Origin: Podarcis pityusensis
Lineage: Eukaryota
Assembly (NCBI GenBank): GCA_964106645.2
Contig: OZ067045.1
DNA length: 64,000 nt
Strand: one strand, 5' to 3'
The notes beneath the pieces were generated by a model. It saw only the letters and a program-made list of their open reading frames with translations. It ran no database searches and was not told the DNA's origin. This document shows, piece by piece, positions 1-12,601 of this stretch. Made by a program: the position numbers and the translations under genes. Numbering within the stretch: the first letter of the stretch is position 1; the number at the start of each line of letters is the position of its first letter.

Positions 1-932
1 CTGTTTTTCTAGAAAAAAGAGATGTCGGAACTCACCATGAACAAGTCCTTTGTTCTCTTATAATGGCAATGGCGTCCGTCTGAGAGGTGCCGGAACTGAG
101 AACTGGTGAGTTCCAGCTGAAATAAGCCCTGGTTGTGAGGATATTTGGTTGTAAGAAGGGTCTGGTGGTTGGGATCACACACACACACACTCTCTCTCTC
201 TCCCTCCCCAGGTATCTCAAACCCAGCCTCCCCTTCACCATCCTGCTGTTTCGAAGCCTTCAGCGGGGCGGGAAGCACAATTTGCTTGAGGAGCACAGTG
301 TGCAGGCTGAGGGGGAGACAGCAAAATTCAGCAGCAGGGGAAAGGTTCAGCAGCTTAAGGAAGCTTAGCCACTGATGCAGGCCACGCTGAAGGTCTCTGA
401 GAGGGCCAGATGTGGCCCTCGGGATGCTCGCATGCATCCTAGTTCTGTAGAATTCAGGAGTGACATCTTGCCAGGCAGGACAAAGCAGCTAAACGACAAA
501 GGCGAGGAAATGAGGGTGGGAATATCATTGCCCCTCATAATTGTGGGGCGCACTTGCATGTCCAAAAAGGTACTTTCCCCATATGTAGTGTGGTGGGTGA
601 TGTGCAGAATCTAGGGTGGAGGGGAACCTTTTGCAGCACCCTCCTGTCCTTATCAGCAAACAATGTTGAAGCTTCCTCATCCCGCTGCCCGGCCTTTGTT
701 CCCATGGAAACCAACTGCTCTTTACCAGCCTGTGCGGGAGTGAGAAAGCTTGCCTGGGTGTTGCCTTTTATCAGCCCAGGTAACAGATATATAGCTTGTA
801 AACATCGGCCTCCCACTCCTTTCCCCAGGGAAGGGAATTGGATGGGGTTGAGGGCATCATAATACCTGCTGGTCTCACCTTTGCTGGGAAGCCAAGCAAA
901 AGAGATTCCTGCTTATGCAGGCTTTTGATTCC

Positions 933-1075
933 CTGTGGATAGCTAAGTCGGTACAGCGTGAGACTCTTAACCTCAAGGTCATGGGTTCGAGCCCCACGGT
1001 GGGCATAAGATTCCTGCGTTGCAAGGGGTTGGACCGAATGACCCGTGGGGTTCCTGCCAGCTCTGCAATTCCATG
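933..1075 (+). mobile_element. tRNA-Lys(CTT)-derived SINE with CR1 LINE 3' tail
   Basis: Degenerate tRNA-Lys head (GATAGCTAAGTCGGTACAGCGTGAGACTCTTAA...GGTTCGAGCCCCACG) fused to the CR1-like tail GATTCCTGC..GGGGTTGGAC..ATGACC. Confidence 0.8.
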
Positions 1076-1170
1076 CGGCGTGATTTTAGCCTCTTTTGAT
1101 GTTGGAATGGGGTGGGGTAGGCAGTGGTGGCTGATGCCCTTTAGGACTGGTAGGGCAGAAGGCAGGGAGC

Positions 1171-1188
1171 CCAACAGTAGGTGGCGCC
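1171..1188 (+). promoter_or_regulatory. CTCF-like motif
   Basis: CCAACAGTAGGTGGCGCC. Confidence 0.35.
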
Positions 1189-1471
1189 AGAGAGTCGATG
1201 GCAGCCAGAACCAACTCATTCTAGTTTTGTCCCCATCTTCTCCTCTTACTTAGTTTTACAAGGGGCAGCACTGAGACTAAGGAGGAGGAATCAGATTGGC
1301 AGTGTCACCTCCTGGACTGGTTGTAAGTGTGAAGGTAGCCAGGTGGGGGCAGGCTGAGGGCAGGCTGAGATTGGCGAGGCTCTGCCCCATTCACCCCCAT
1401 GTACCAACCTGAGCTGGCGGGAGGTGGGATAGGAGTAGGTTCTGTCTTTCCTCTTCTTTTTGATGGAAGGA

Positions 1472-1472
<1 letters not shown>

Positions 1473-1513
<41 letters not shown>
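1473..1513. repeat. (TTA)n microsatellite
   Basis: Direct reading. Confidence 0.95.
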
Positions 1514-1675
1514 CATGGATTTTAAATATCTGATAACTTGTTCTGCATTTTAATATTTTGCAAGTCGCTTTGTAAAAAGCGATGAAAAAACAGCAGCCTC
1601 AACAACAACAGGAAAGAGATGTTTAGGAAGTACATTAGAGGCAGTGGAATTACATTCCCCCCCCCAAAAAAAGTT

Positions 1676-2078
1676 ATTTTATTTTATTTATTATTCATTT
1701 ATTGAATTTATATACTGCTCTATTTGTGGAGGTCGTAGGGCAGTTCACAGAAAGATCACAATATATAAAATCAAAATAAAAACAATAACCCAATAACAGC
1801 CCCCCGAAAAGAGACACATTTTAAAAGGGCATAAGATGTCAATCAAACCAGCCAAGGGCCCGGTTAAAAAGGAATGTTTTTGCCTGGCACCTAAAGGTGT
1901 TTAATGAAGGCACCAGGCGAACTTCCCTGGGAAAGTTCCCATTCTCCTCTTGCCACCCTCCAAACCTCTCCAGGAAGAGGAGGCACATGAAGGAGGGCCT
2001 CAGAAGATGATATCAGGGTCTGTGTAGGTTCATAAGGAAAGAGGTGGTCCTTGCGGTATTGCAGTCCTAAGCCGTTCT
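1676..2078 (-). mobile_element. L2-type LINE 3' fragment
   Basis: Similar to 4905-5540 (TTTTTGCCTGGCACCTAAAGG..AATGAAGGCACCAGG), with an AT-rich tail. Confidence 0.6.
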
Positions 2079-2941
2079 GGAAATCAGGAAGTACCTTAGA
2101 ACAGGTGGCAAACACTTTCCTTGAAGCCCTTTGAGCATTGCTTTTGTGGCGTACTAAATGCAAAGTTCACACTCTCCTGATTTCTGAGATGGGGCTGGTT
2201 GCACTCAAAATAAGATTAGGGGACGGGAGCAGGGCTGGCCTGGGAGGTTTTGTTTCTCGAGGCAAAACCCCTGTTGCCTGCCACTGCCATGCCCCTGTCT
2301 TGCCACCTCCTCTGCGGATGTGCTCTGCTACACTCCTTGTCCTCCTCTGCTGTGGGCATGCTGTATGATGGTACACTCTCTCCACCACAGGGGGCATAGG
2401 CATGGCAGTGGGGAATGCCTTTGGAGGAGGTGGAAGGGATGTGGTATGGTCCCCTGTGGTGAAGGAGGCAGTACACTCCTTGGGCCCAGATCTGCTGCCC
2501 GAGGCCAACTCCTCATTTTGCCTCATGGGTGGGCCGGCCCTGGATGAGAGGACACTGCCCCTCCCCTTGATTAGTTTTGCTAGCAATATATGGGGATTTT
2601 TTCAGTGCAAAGAAAGCATGATTGATTGGCTGGAATACTGGGCAGGAGCACTCCACACTGCAAGAAATAAAATAAAATTGCAGTTCTGAATGGCAACATA
2701 AGCAATAGATGAGACATGGTGCAGAGTAGATAATGGCTGGCATGCAAATGTTTCATTTGTGTGAAGCCAATGGATGCTTATACTTTGATCAGGCAAATTC
2801 ATGGACAAATTGAAGCCTGGCAATTAGCTTTGATGCTTATATGGAAACCCCGCCTTCAGATGTGGTATAACTCTGAATGCCCTTTTTTTTAAAAGGGTGG
2901 GGTGAACAACAAGGGACAATAGGGAAGACTATAATTTCATG

Positions 2942-3899
2942 GCAATGACAAACCTAGACAGCATCTTAAAAAGCAGGGACATCACCTTACCAACAAAGGT
3001 CCATATAGTTAAAGCTATGGTTTTCCCAGTAGTGATGTATGGAAGAGAGCTGGACCATAATGAAGGCTGATTGCTGAAGAATTGATGCTTTTGAATTATG
3101 GTGCTGGAGGAGACTCTTGAGAGTCCCACGGACTGCAAGAAGATCAAACCTATCCATTTAATTTTAAAGATATGGAAATCTGACAATTAAGAGGGAAAAT
3201 TTTAACGTTGTATTACACTAAGATTAAAGATCAGGTTTAAAGAAATTGAAGATATATATTACAATATTATATTAAAGTTAAAGATTGAGATTAAAAAAAA
3301 AAAAAGTTGAAAAGAAATTGCTGGACAAACAATTTGGATTGGAATACAAAAGAGGGAGGTATGAGGAAGTCCAGAAAATAAGTAAACTAAAAAAACGGAA
3401 ATGGAAAAGAGATATTGTTTTTAATTGTTATGCTTTTTGTTTTTTATTGTTGAATTGTGTTTTCCTTTGTGTGTTTTTGTAATCTTTTTTTTCTTTTTTC
3501 TTTTTTGAGGTATGTATTGTGTATGTTTTTCTTTTTCTTTCTTCGTTGTTCAAAACTTAAATAAAAATTATTTTTTTTTTTAAAAAAAAAACCTATCCAT
3601 TTAAGAAATCAGCCCTGAGTGCTCACTGGGAGGACAGATCGTGAAGCTGAGGCTCCAGTACTTTGGCCACCTCATGAGAAGAGAAGACTCCCTGGAAAAG
3701 AGTCTCATGTTGGGAAAGATGGAGGGCACAAGGAGAAGGGGATGACAGAGGACGAGATGGTTGGACAGTGTTCTTGAAGCTACAAACATGAGTTTGACCA
3801 AACTGCAGGAGGCAGCAGAAGACAGGGGTGCCTGGTGTGCTCTGGTCCATGGGGTCACAAAGAGTCAGACACGACTAAACGACTACCGTAAACAACAAC
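2942..3899 (+). mobile_element. BovB (RTE) LINE 3' fragment, interrupted by an L1 insertion
   Basis: BovB 3' sequence (GACAAACCTAGACAGCATCTTAAAAAGCAG...GGGGTCACAAAGAGTCAGACACGACT) with a (CAA)n tail; TSD ATAATTTCATG at 2931-2941 and 3900-3910. Confidence 0.9.
3162..3588 (+). mobile_element. L1-type LINE 3' end nested in BovB
   Basis: AATAAA plus A-rich tail; exact 16-bp TSD AAACCTATCCATTTAA at 3146-3161 and 3589-3604. Confidence 0.8.
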
Positions 3900-3922
3900 A
3901 TAATTTCATGACCTACCTTTCA

Positions 3923-4291
3923 TGGAAAAGAGGAGACTGAGAGGGATAATGATAGCCATCTTCAGGTATCCCAAGGGCAGCCACATGGAAGAGGGGAAAA
4001 GCTTGTTTTCTCCTGCTCTGTAAGGTAGGATTCGAACTAATGGTTTTGAGTTACAAGAAAGGAGATTCTGACTAAACATATGAAAAAACTTTATGAGATT
4101 AAGAACCATTCAACAGTGGAATGGTCTCCCTCGGGAGGCTGTGGACCCTCTTTCCTTGGAGGTTTTTAAGTAGAGGTTGAATGGCCATCTGTCATGGATG
4201 CTTTAGTTGAGATTCCTGCATTGTAGGGGGTTGGACCAGATGAACCCTGGGGGTCCCTACCAACTCTATGATTTTGTGATTCTGTGATTCT
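3923..4291 (+). mobile_element. CR1 LINE 3' fragment
   Basis: CR1 ORF2 end and terminal GATTCT octamer-like repeats. Confidence 0.85.
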
Positions 4292-4856
4292 ACTTGTGGT
4301 CTTCTCAGAAGTGTTTGGTCAGCCATTGTACAAAACAGATGCTGGACCAGATGGACCTTTGGCCTGATCCAACAGGTGTCTTTCTTATGCTCTGATGAAG
4401 TATAAATCTATAGCTCAGAGTTGGAGGACTTGTGGTCCTGCAAATGTCGCTGGACTACCACTCCCATCATCCCTGGCCATTGACCATGCTTACTGGGGCA
4501 GATGGGAGTCCAAGAACATCTGGAGGGCCAACCTCACAGTAAGATGACCTGATATAGGATTACCATTATGGACAAAGGGCTACAGATCTGGCCAGCACCC
4601 CAGTCACCAAGGACTAGAGTGGCTGTCTTGACAGCCAAACCCCAGCAGATGGCAGAATAATGCAAAGGAATGACTTCTCTTTCCAGCAAGTGCTCTTCTA
4701 AACCTGAAAGCAAAAGGAGGCTGCTGGTTGCCTTGGCACAGTGATGGGGAGAGTGTGACCTCCAAGAAATCTCACCATCCCTGATCATTGGCCAAGCTGG
4801 CTCGGGTTGATGAGAGTTAAAGTTCAATGACATGTGAAGAGCCATAGATTTCCCCA

Positions 4857-4904
4857 CCTTCCTTCCTTCCTTCCTTCCTTCCTTCCTTCCTTCCTTCCTT
4901 CCTT
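4857..4904. repeat. (CCTT)n microsatellite
   Basis: Direct reading. Confidence 0.95.
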
Positions 4905-5540
4905 TTGATTTGTATACTGCCCTTCATCCATAGATCTCAGGGCACTTCACAACATAAAATTATAACATAATAAAAAGCAACATACATGATAAAAATAAGG
5001 ACAAACCAATAATCACCCCACCCACCCACCCTTCCATGTCAAAGGTGATCAGATGTCAGTCAGTCCAGGGCCTGGTTGAAGAGAAAAGTTTTTGCCTGGC
5101 ACCTAAAGGCGTATAATGAAGGCACCAGGTAGACTTTGGGGGAGGGGAGCATTCCACAAATGGGGAGCCACTGTGGAAGAGGCCCATTCTCGTGTTGCCA
5201 CCCTCCAGACCTCTTGTGGAGGAGGCCCATGAAGAAGAGCCTCAGATTATTATCTCAGGGTCCAGGTAAATTCATATGGAGGGAGGCAGTCCTTCAGCCA
5301 TTTAAGGCTTTATTGGTCAAAACCAGCACTTTGAATTGGGCCCAGAAACAACTGGCAGTAAGTGCTGTCGGGTCAGGATTGCTGCAAACTGTCTTGTCCT
5401 GATGAGCAACCTGGCCACCGAATTCTGCACTAGCAGAGGTTTCCAAACCATCTTCAGAGGCAGCCCTACATATAACTCATTGCACTAATCTAGCCTAGAG
5501 GTTACTAGAGCATTAACAACAGTAGTTAGGTTCTTTAACA
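4905..5540 (-). mobile_element. L2-type LINE 3' fragment
   Basis: Minus strand translates ..TVVNALVTSRLD.., an L2 ORF2-like motif; similar to 1676-2078. Confidence 0.7.
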
Positions 5541-6645
5541 GAAGTAGCCACAAACAGCCAGAACCAGCTATGCTGGAACAGGGCTGAATTTCATTATAAG
5601 GCAGAGTGTTGGAGGTGGGAAACAGTGGGACAGCCGAAGCAGATGGAGTCAACGGAGCAAGGTGGGTGGGGAACCCCTCTAGAAGTGGACAGGTTGGATC
5701 TCTGACAAGACCAATCTGCCCCTCTGCTGGATGCCTGTTGGGCAGGAAGAGAGAGAGAGAGTCAGAAAGCAGAAAGGAGAAGAAAGAGTGTATGGAGGAA
5801 GATGCAGAGAGAAAAGGGGGGGAAGGATCCCCCCTCCTGTTTTGAACTGCTGACTCTGCTTCTCTGTCCATCCCAGGGTTAGCACTGGTCACTTCCTCCT
5901 GGTCCAGCGGCAGCAACTCCAGTTCACTTCCCATCCAGGAGGAGCTTATTGCTGCCTCTCGCCTTATTGTCAACCCCATTGTCACCTTACTGGCAACTCC
6001 TTGTTGTTGTGTCTGAAGCCTACCAGGGAGACTTGCAAGCAATTCCCAGAATTCTCTTCTTGGGGTCAAGGAGAAAGCCTGGAGCAGCGAGGTAAGGCAA
6101 CCGGGCTCGATGAATCGTGAACTCGCTTCCTCCATTAGGAAGGCCTGCTCCGCCCCTTACAGATCATGGGGAATTAATTTTCTTCCATGCCTGCCACGAG
6201 GGAGCAAGCAACAGCTGTTCTCGAACTGTATTTCCAATGTGAAATCTCTTAATGCATCAGAGAGAAAAAATCCCGCTGGCTCCATTTCAGTTGCTGGAAT
6301 GGGAGCAAGCGGCTGCTCCAAGGCAGTCTATTTGGTGCTCTAGCAGAACAAAAATTTAGCTGCATCTACCCTCTGAAAGATGGTAGAGGTGTCACTTTCT
6401 TCCTAGGATGGGGACGTGCATGACAAATATGGTAGATTGCTTTATGCCTGGTTATATTATTGCTTCACTTGCTCAACCTTTATTTGGGAACTGATCAGTG
6501 GCTGATTGACAGCTTATTCAGCATCATTAAAAAAAGGGTCTTCTTCCAAGCTTCTTCTTCCCAGCTTCAGAAGTCATCATTGTGGTACCTGTGAAGGATC
6601 ATGCACCCACAAATGCCTTGTATTTGTACCATGTACCCACAAAAA

Positions 6646-6893
6646 AGCCAGTGTGGTGTAGTGGTTAAGAGCGGTGGACTCGTAATCTGGTGAACCGGGT
6701 TCGCTTCCCCGCTCCTCCACATGCAACTGCTGGGTGACCTTGGGCTAGTCACACTTCTCTGAAGTCTCTCAGCCCCACTCACCTCGCAGAGTGTTTGTTG
6801 TGGGGGAGGAAGGGAAAGGAGAATGTTAGCTGCTTTGAGACTCCTTAGGGTAGTGATAAAGCCGGATATCAAATCCAAACTACTACTACTTCT
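6646..6893 (+). mobile_element. tRNA-derived SINE (CORE/MIR-like, squamate)
   Basis: A-box TGGTGTAGTGG, B-box-like GGTTCGCTTCC, core GGGTGACCTTGGGCTAGTCAC and a short repeat tail. Confidence 0.8.
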
Positions 6894-9435
6894 CTGGCAT
6901 GAACAGGGTTTCTTCCTTCTGCTCTGCTGAAGTTTGGCTTGAAAGAAACATTCTGTTGTAACTTACAGAAAAGACTGTGGTCTTTTTCTTGGTGGCAGGG
7001 TGTGTGTAGTGCCCACAACAGCTTCCCTAGTTTGCAATGGGCTCATAGACCCTCCCCCAAAAGCTGATGATGTTTGCCTAGTTATTTTACTTTTATGTAG
7101 CCAGCATGATAGCTCCAGAGCATCACAAAATCATTTTCTAACCAATGAGAATTGGCCATGCGATATTGTCACAAAGCCAATTCAGAGTGAAGGGAGTGCT
7201 CTCACTCTGAGCCATCATTGCACCATGTACTATGTCAATGAAGCCAATTCAAAATCAGGGCCGCACCCACAAAGAAAATAGCTTGTCCTCACAACACCAT
7301 ATAGTCAATCAGGTTTTAGCTGCTTAGTGATAGCGCAGATCCAATTCAGAGTGAGGGCAAAAAAGTAGGCGTGTTCACTCTGAACACACAAGCTACATCA
7401 CCACTGTTCTCAACTTTTAAAAAGTGGCTGAAAGGGGGCACTTTGTATTGGATACCAAGGTGCTCATCAAATGTGCTATTAGTAACTGTCGCTTTGAGAT
7501 CCGGCTATATATTCTAAGGGGCAAGGCAAGAATTGTTATTTCCCCTTTACGTTTATCTTGTGCTGAATCGGAACCTGCCAACTCAGTCCCATTTGCACCA
7601 GGCTTTTGGCTGAAGAGAGAACAGAGTAAGCCTGATTAGGGATAATCCACCTAGAGCTTAGTGAAAGTGTCTCATGCCGTTTGATCTAAGCTCATTCCGT
7701 GTAGCTCGGCACCTTCCTGACAATACAAAAAGCAGGGCTTGTTTGGGTTTGTTTGTTTTTTACCAGTGCTTCAAGAGACTCTCAGAGGACCCAAACAAAG
7801 CAAGGGCTTAAAAAGAGTTTTGCTGCGTTGTTGAATATAACACAGTGTTGACATGGCACAACTTGAGGACCATTTAGCGGCGAGTAAAGAACGGCAGAAA
7901 CAAAGTGCTCCTCCCTGCTCCCTGCCAGGGTTTTCGGGTTTTCTTTACCAGCTATTTCTGCCCCATATACGGTAAATCTCATTATTCCATGAGCTTGATA
8001 GCAGGAGCTAGGCTTGAAAATGCTTCAAATGAAAATTTGGGGAAGCTACTCAGAATGGGGTTAGTGAGAATACTCAGGGGGTTTGGGTGGGTTTCCAGGA
8101 GCAGAACAGCAGGCCCGACACTTAGTTTGTTTCTAGAAAATGTTCTCTTCTGCCTTTCAGCACAAAGGCGCCAAAAGTAAAAATACAGAGAAAACCAAAA
8201 CAGACATTGAATAGCTTTGATAATAAAGAACAATTGCAGCTTCTGCCAAGCCCAATGTCCAGTGAAACAAATGTGGGTTTTTTTAATTGTTTGCCAAAAT
8301 ACCTCATTAATTCACTTGCTTGCAGCATTTATGCCCTTCCTTTAGCCAAAAAGGCTCTCAGAGCAGTTTGCAAAAATGAGCTCTGAGACAATTCTCTGCC
8401 CTCAGGGTAACAATATAAAATGCAATGACTCAGGAGGAAAAAAGAACAGGAGAAAAGAGAGGGGGAAAGAAAGCTCAATTACAAGTTCTTTAAGTTACAG
8501 TTATTAAAGTTACAGCTGACACCAGTGCTGGTTCTGTCTGCCTTGCTTTTGATAAAGAGTAGTTCCTCTTCTGAAGGACTATTTCCTACCCCCAAATATC
8601 CAGGAGCAGAACTGGTTGCAGTTCCCAGGCCAGATGGGCAGGGTTGGGTCTGCCACACAGTTCTTCACTTGGCGAACTAACTTGATGGCAGTTGGACAGC
8701 AACCTTGAGAGAGCATTTTGCTATCGTCCTATTTAGGCCATGGGTGCAAAAGGGACCTTGACCCTTGAGCTGTTGGTTCAGAAAAATGCAGTATAGAAAG
8801 GAGAATTCCTAGATGGCAAGATCCAAGTTTGGGTCAAGCACTTTTCGATGAGAGAACCCTAGTGGTTCACAAAATATGCAGCAATGTAAAGCATGGAAAT
8901 ATAGGCTGTTAGATATTTAAAATTTGCCCTTCTCCGTGAGTTCCAAAATTTCCCTCTTCCCTCAGCATAGGAAAAGACCACACATTTGATAAGTTAAGAA
9001 TGGTTTACTTACAAATTGTCCAAAGGTCAAATTCATGTGCTTCAGAAAACTTGCACAGGCGGTAGAACTTAGCTTAGTTACAAAGTGGTGAACATTCCTA
9101 GATTATTGGTATAGGAACTCAAGAGTGGCTAGTAAGAGCCATGCAGTCTGAGCTGGAGCAACCAGCCCAAACCTCTTCACGCCCTGAGTTTTTCATGTAG
9201 GCTGGGGGAGGGGACATTGAGCTTGATTTCCTCCCAAGGTAAGGGGAAGTGACATAGCTAAGCATGCAGGACAGCTTACTCTATGATTTTAACCCCTTTC
9301 GTGCATTAATTAGACTTAAGCATGTTGGTTATATGGGGCTAGTTAGCACACATGAGCCTCCAATGAACTGGCAGGGCAAGTGGGCATAGAGGAAGACCGC
9401 AAATGTATATCTAAGTGCATAGGTTGGATCTTATC

Positions 9436-9693
9436 CATGGGTAGGCAAACTAAGGCCCGGGGGCCGGATCCAGCCCATTCACCTTCTAAATCCAGCCCAT
9501 GGATGGTCTGGGAATCAGCGTGTTTTTACATGAGTAGAATGTGTCCTTTTATTTAAAATGCATCTCTGGGTTATTTGTGGGGCATAGGAATTCATTCATT
9601 CATTCATTTATTTTTTCAAAATATAGTCTGCCCCCCCCCAAGGTCTGAGGGACAGTAGACCGGCCCCCTGCTGAAAAAGTTTGCTGACCCCTG
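9436..9693. mobile_element. hAT non-autonomous element (MITE)
   Basis: TIRs CATGGGTAGGCAAAC / GTTTGCTGACCCCTG; 8-bp TSD ATCTTATC / ATCTTATG. Confidence 0.8.
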
Positions 9694-9927
9694 ATCTTAT
9701 GGGTATCATTGGACCCCAGGATTGACACTGGAAATGATACTAGGTCATATTGTAACATAGTGCATAGTTAAACTATCAAACGGGCTCCCATAGGAGGCAG
9801 TGATGGCAGCCAACCTGAATGGCTTTGAAAGAGGATTAGATGAATTCATGGAAAGGGCTCTCAGTGGCTACTATTCATGATGGTTATGTTCTTCCTCCAC
9901 TGCTGGTTTCAGCATGCTTCATCTAAT

Positions 9928-10022
9928 CAGTGCTTTTTTCCCTGGGAGTACTCGAGAATATTCCCTGGGGGTACTCAGAGATACTCGGGATGTTTCCCCC
10001 TCCCCCTAGAAGGAAAGCACTG
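9928..10022. mobile_element. Short MITE
   Basis: TIR CAGTGCTTT / AAAGCACTG; no clear TSD. Confidence 0.4.
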
Positions 10023-10274
10023 GTTAAAAGTCTGACACTAACTGTAACAATTTTCTTTTTTCTAGAAACGTCTCCAAAGTCTTGTCTAACAGAGGCCAGT
10101 TTTAAAAGACGTGGCTCTTACCGTGCGTGGATTTGATTGAAATTACAGGTTTTTAGCATTACAAATTTTGGGCGATTCCATTGCAAAGCTTTTCTTTTTT
10201 TCTTTTGCAGGCGTTATTGCACAGATCAGTATGTAATCCTTGCTGGGTGCAAATTCATAACCAGGGCGCCCCCA

Positions 10275-10319
<45 letters not shown>

Positions 10320-10921
10320 CCTGCAATTGGAAATTGCATTCCCATCATATTATCACTCAGCACATAATCTCCCCCAAAGCTCCGCAGCTGACATGCCCAG
10401 ACCGCAGGATTTGGCCTCCAACTACGATTTTCATTTGCTAGATCCAAAAGAGATGAAATGCTGAGATTCAGGTCACTGCAGCAGCTTGAGCCAAATGATC
10501 CGTAGCCTTGCTCCTGTTTCGAGGCAGTGCATGCGGGGAGCAAGCTGGGAGCCTGCTGGGTCAGCCAAGGCAAAGCTCTACCCCCACTCCCTGCAACGAG
10601 GGAAGCAGCAGGGAGAAGCAATGTTTTGCTCCAGCCATAGAACCCAAGAAACTGCTTTCTCAGTATTGCCTACGCAGATTGGCAGCGAGAATCCAGGGTT
10701 CTAGGCAGCTCTATTGGAGATGCCCAGGATTGGACTGGGGACCTTTTTCCATGCAAAGCAGATGCTCTCTCACTAAGCTATGGATCTCCTAATAAGCATA
10801 GGAAGCTGTCTTATATTGAATCAGACCTGGAGGTGTAAGAAGGCAGCTGTTTCCATTGTAACCTGTATTTGTCATATTCCGTGCTGTTTCTGTTCTGCTG
10901 CAGTCCAGATTCTGCCAAATA

Positions 10922-11160
10922 CAGTGGTACCTCGGGTTATAGACGCTTCAGGTTACAGATGCTTCAGGTTACAGACTCCGCTAACCCAGAAATAGTAGCT
11001 CAGGTTAAGAACTTTGCTGCAGGATGAGAACAGAAATCGTGTGGCGGTGCAGCGGCAGCAGGAGGCCCCATTAGCTAAAGTGGTGCTTCAGGTTAAGAAC
11101 AGTTTCAGGTTAAGAACGGACCTCCAGAACAAATTAAGTTCTTAACCCGAGATACCACTG
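10922..11160. mobile_element. Tc1/mariner (Tigger-like) MITE, family copy 1
   Basis: TA|CAGTGGTACCTCGGGTTA...AACCCGAGATACCACTG|TA. Confidence 0.9.
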
Positions 11161-12595
11161 TACTATGTGATTTGGCTCACAGGGTGCTATTTAGATTAAG
11201 TTTCTCGTGTGACTTACATAACTTACACTCCATTCAATGTAAAGGAACTGTCAAAACAATGGGAGGGGGAAAGTAAGCATCATTTGCAGACTTAAAAAAC
11301 CCACAAAAATCTGAACAAATACCAATCCTATTCACTTGACTGATTTCCATTCGTGGTCACAAACACACGAACTGAAGCGATTTTTGCTTCGTCCCCCATT
11401 TTCAGCAGAATTATCTGACATCTTTACTTAGACTATTGGTTGATTGTCTAGTCAAACTGGAGGATACTCTCAAAGCAGCCAAATCTAAACAATGGCAATC
11501 ACTGGATAAATTGAAATAGTCAAAATTCATGCAGCTAATATGGCTAATTCAGCAGGGCAGAGAGTTATAAAAGCCTTCAAGTTAATTTTGTTTCTTTCTC
11601 AAATGACCTTACAGGCACTAGCCAGTGCGCCCCTGTGGAAATTGCCTGAAAACATTGTCCCTTGAATTGCAGAGTCAACAATGACTCAGCAGTAGTTATC
11701 CTCCCGACAATACAAATTGTATCCAAAGGCTCTGTCTGTGAAGTGCCTGGGTAGTTATTATGTTGAAAGCTGATAACTTTCTTACTTAAACAGGAAGTAC
11801 GCACTTGTGTAACTGTTATACAGCCATAGACGTGTGTTACTAACCAACTGGGTTTAGATGGTAAAATCTGCCTGTGTTTATTTTTATTTTATTTTATTTG
11901 CAAGATGCCGAGGTCCTCCTAGATTATGAGAACCTTGACTGCAACCTGCTCAGTCTACGTAAATCTGACACTGGTGCTTAATAGGGTTATAGCATTGTAT
12001 GCAACCCATAATTTCCATAAAACGTGCATTTTTTATCACATTTCCTTGAAACCAAACTGCATCACAATTTTCAGTGCATTCTGACTGAGAGGCGGGTTCC
12101 TGGACCAGCAAGCAGATGCCAGTAGCACTGGGGAAACTGCTTTTCCCATAGCCTCTGGGGCCTGCATGGCAGCCATAGCTGTGTGTTAGCTCCTAGATGG
12201 AGGAGGGTGGAGAGAGGAAGACAGCAGGGAAAGAATATTCCCTTTGTTCCACCTTCACTGGTGGAGTAACAGCAAGCAAAGCACAGAAGCCAGCTTGAAT
12301 TCTCCTCTGGCTTCTATCAGGCCTGAATTCTTGGGTGCCATGGGCTCGCTTTGCGTTTGAGTGCAGTGAATTGCTGAGATTTGCATTTTGAAACCATGAA
12401 TTATGCAATCCAGAAATGTCACTACCCTTGACCCTTGTTTCCTTGAGCAACCTGGCGGGGCTACAGACGTCTTAGAAGATACAACACCCGCACGCTATTG
12501 CCATCAGCCAGCCACGAGATAAGAATTCTGTTTTTTTAAATGAGTGCAAAAAGATTGTCGACCCAACACTTAGCAATCCATTCAGACCAAAGTGT

Positions 12596-12601
12596 TTTAT
12601 T
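12596..12601 (-). terminator. Candidate LACTBL1 polyadenylation signal AATAAA
   Basis: First canonical AATAAA I found downstream of the stop (about 1.6 kb), with GT-rich sequence beyond it. Confidence 0.35.

Noticed and set aside
933-1005. Apparent tRNA-Lys(CTT) gene (also 26615-26686)
   Set aside because: Broken acceptor stem and direct fusion to a CR1 tail, so it is a SINE head.
5485-6135. 216-aa minus-strand ORF
   Set aside because: Runs through low-complexity DNA into an L2 fragment, so likely a chance ORF.
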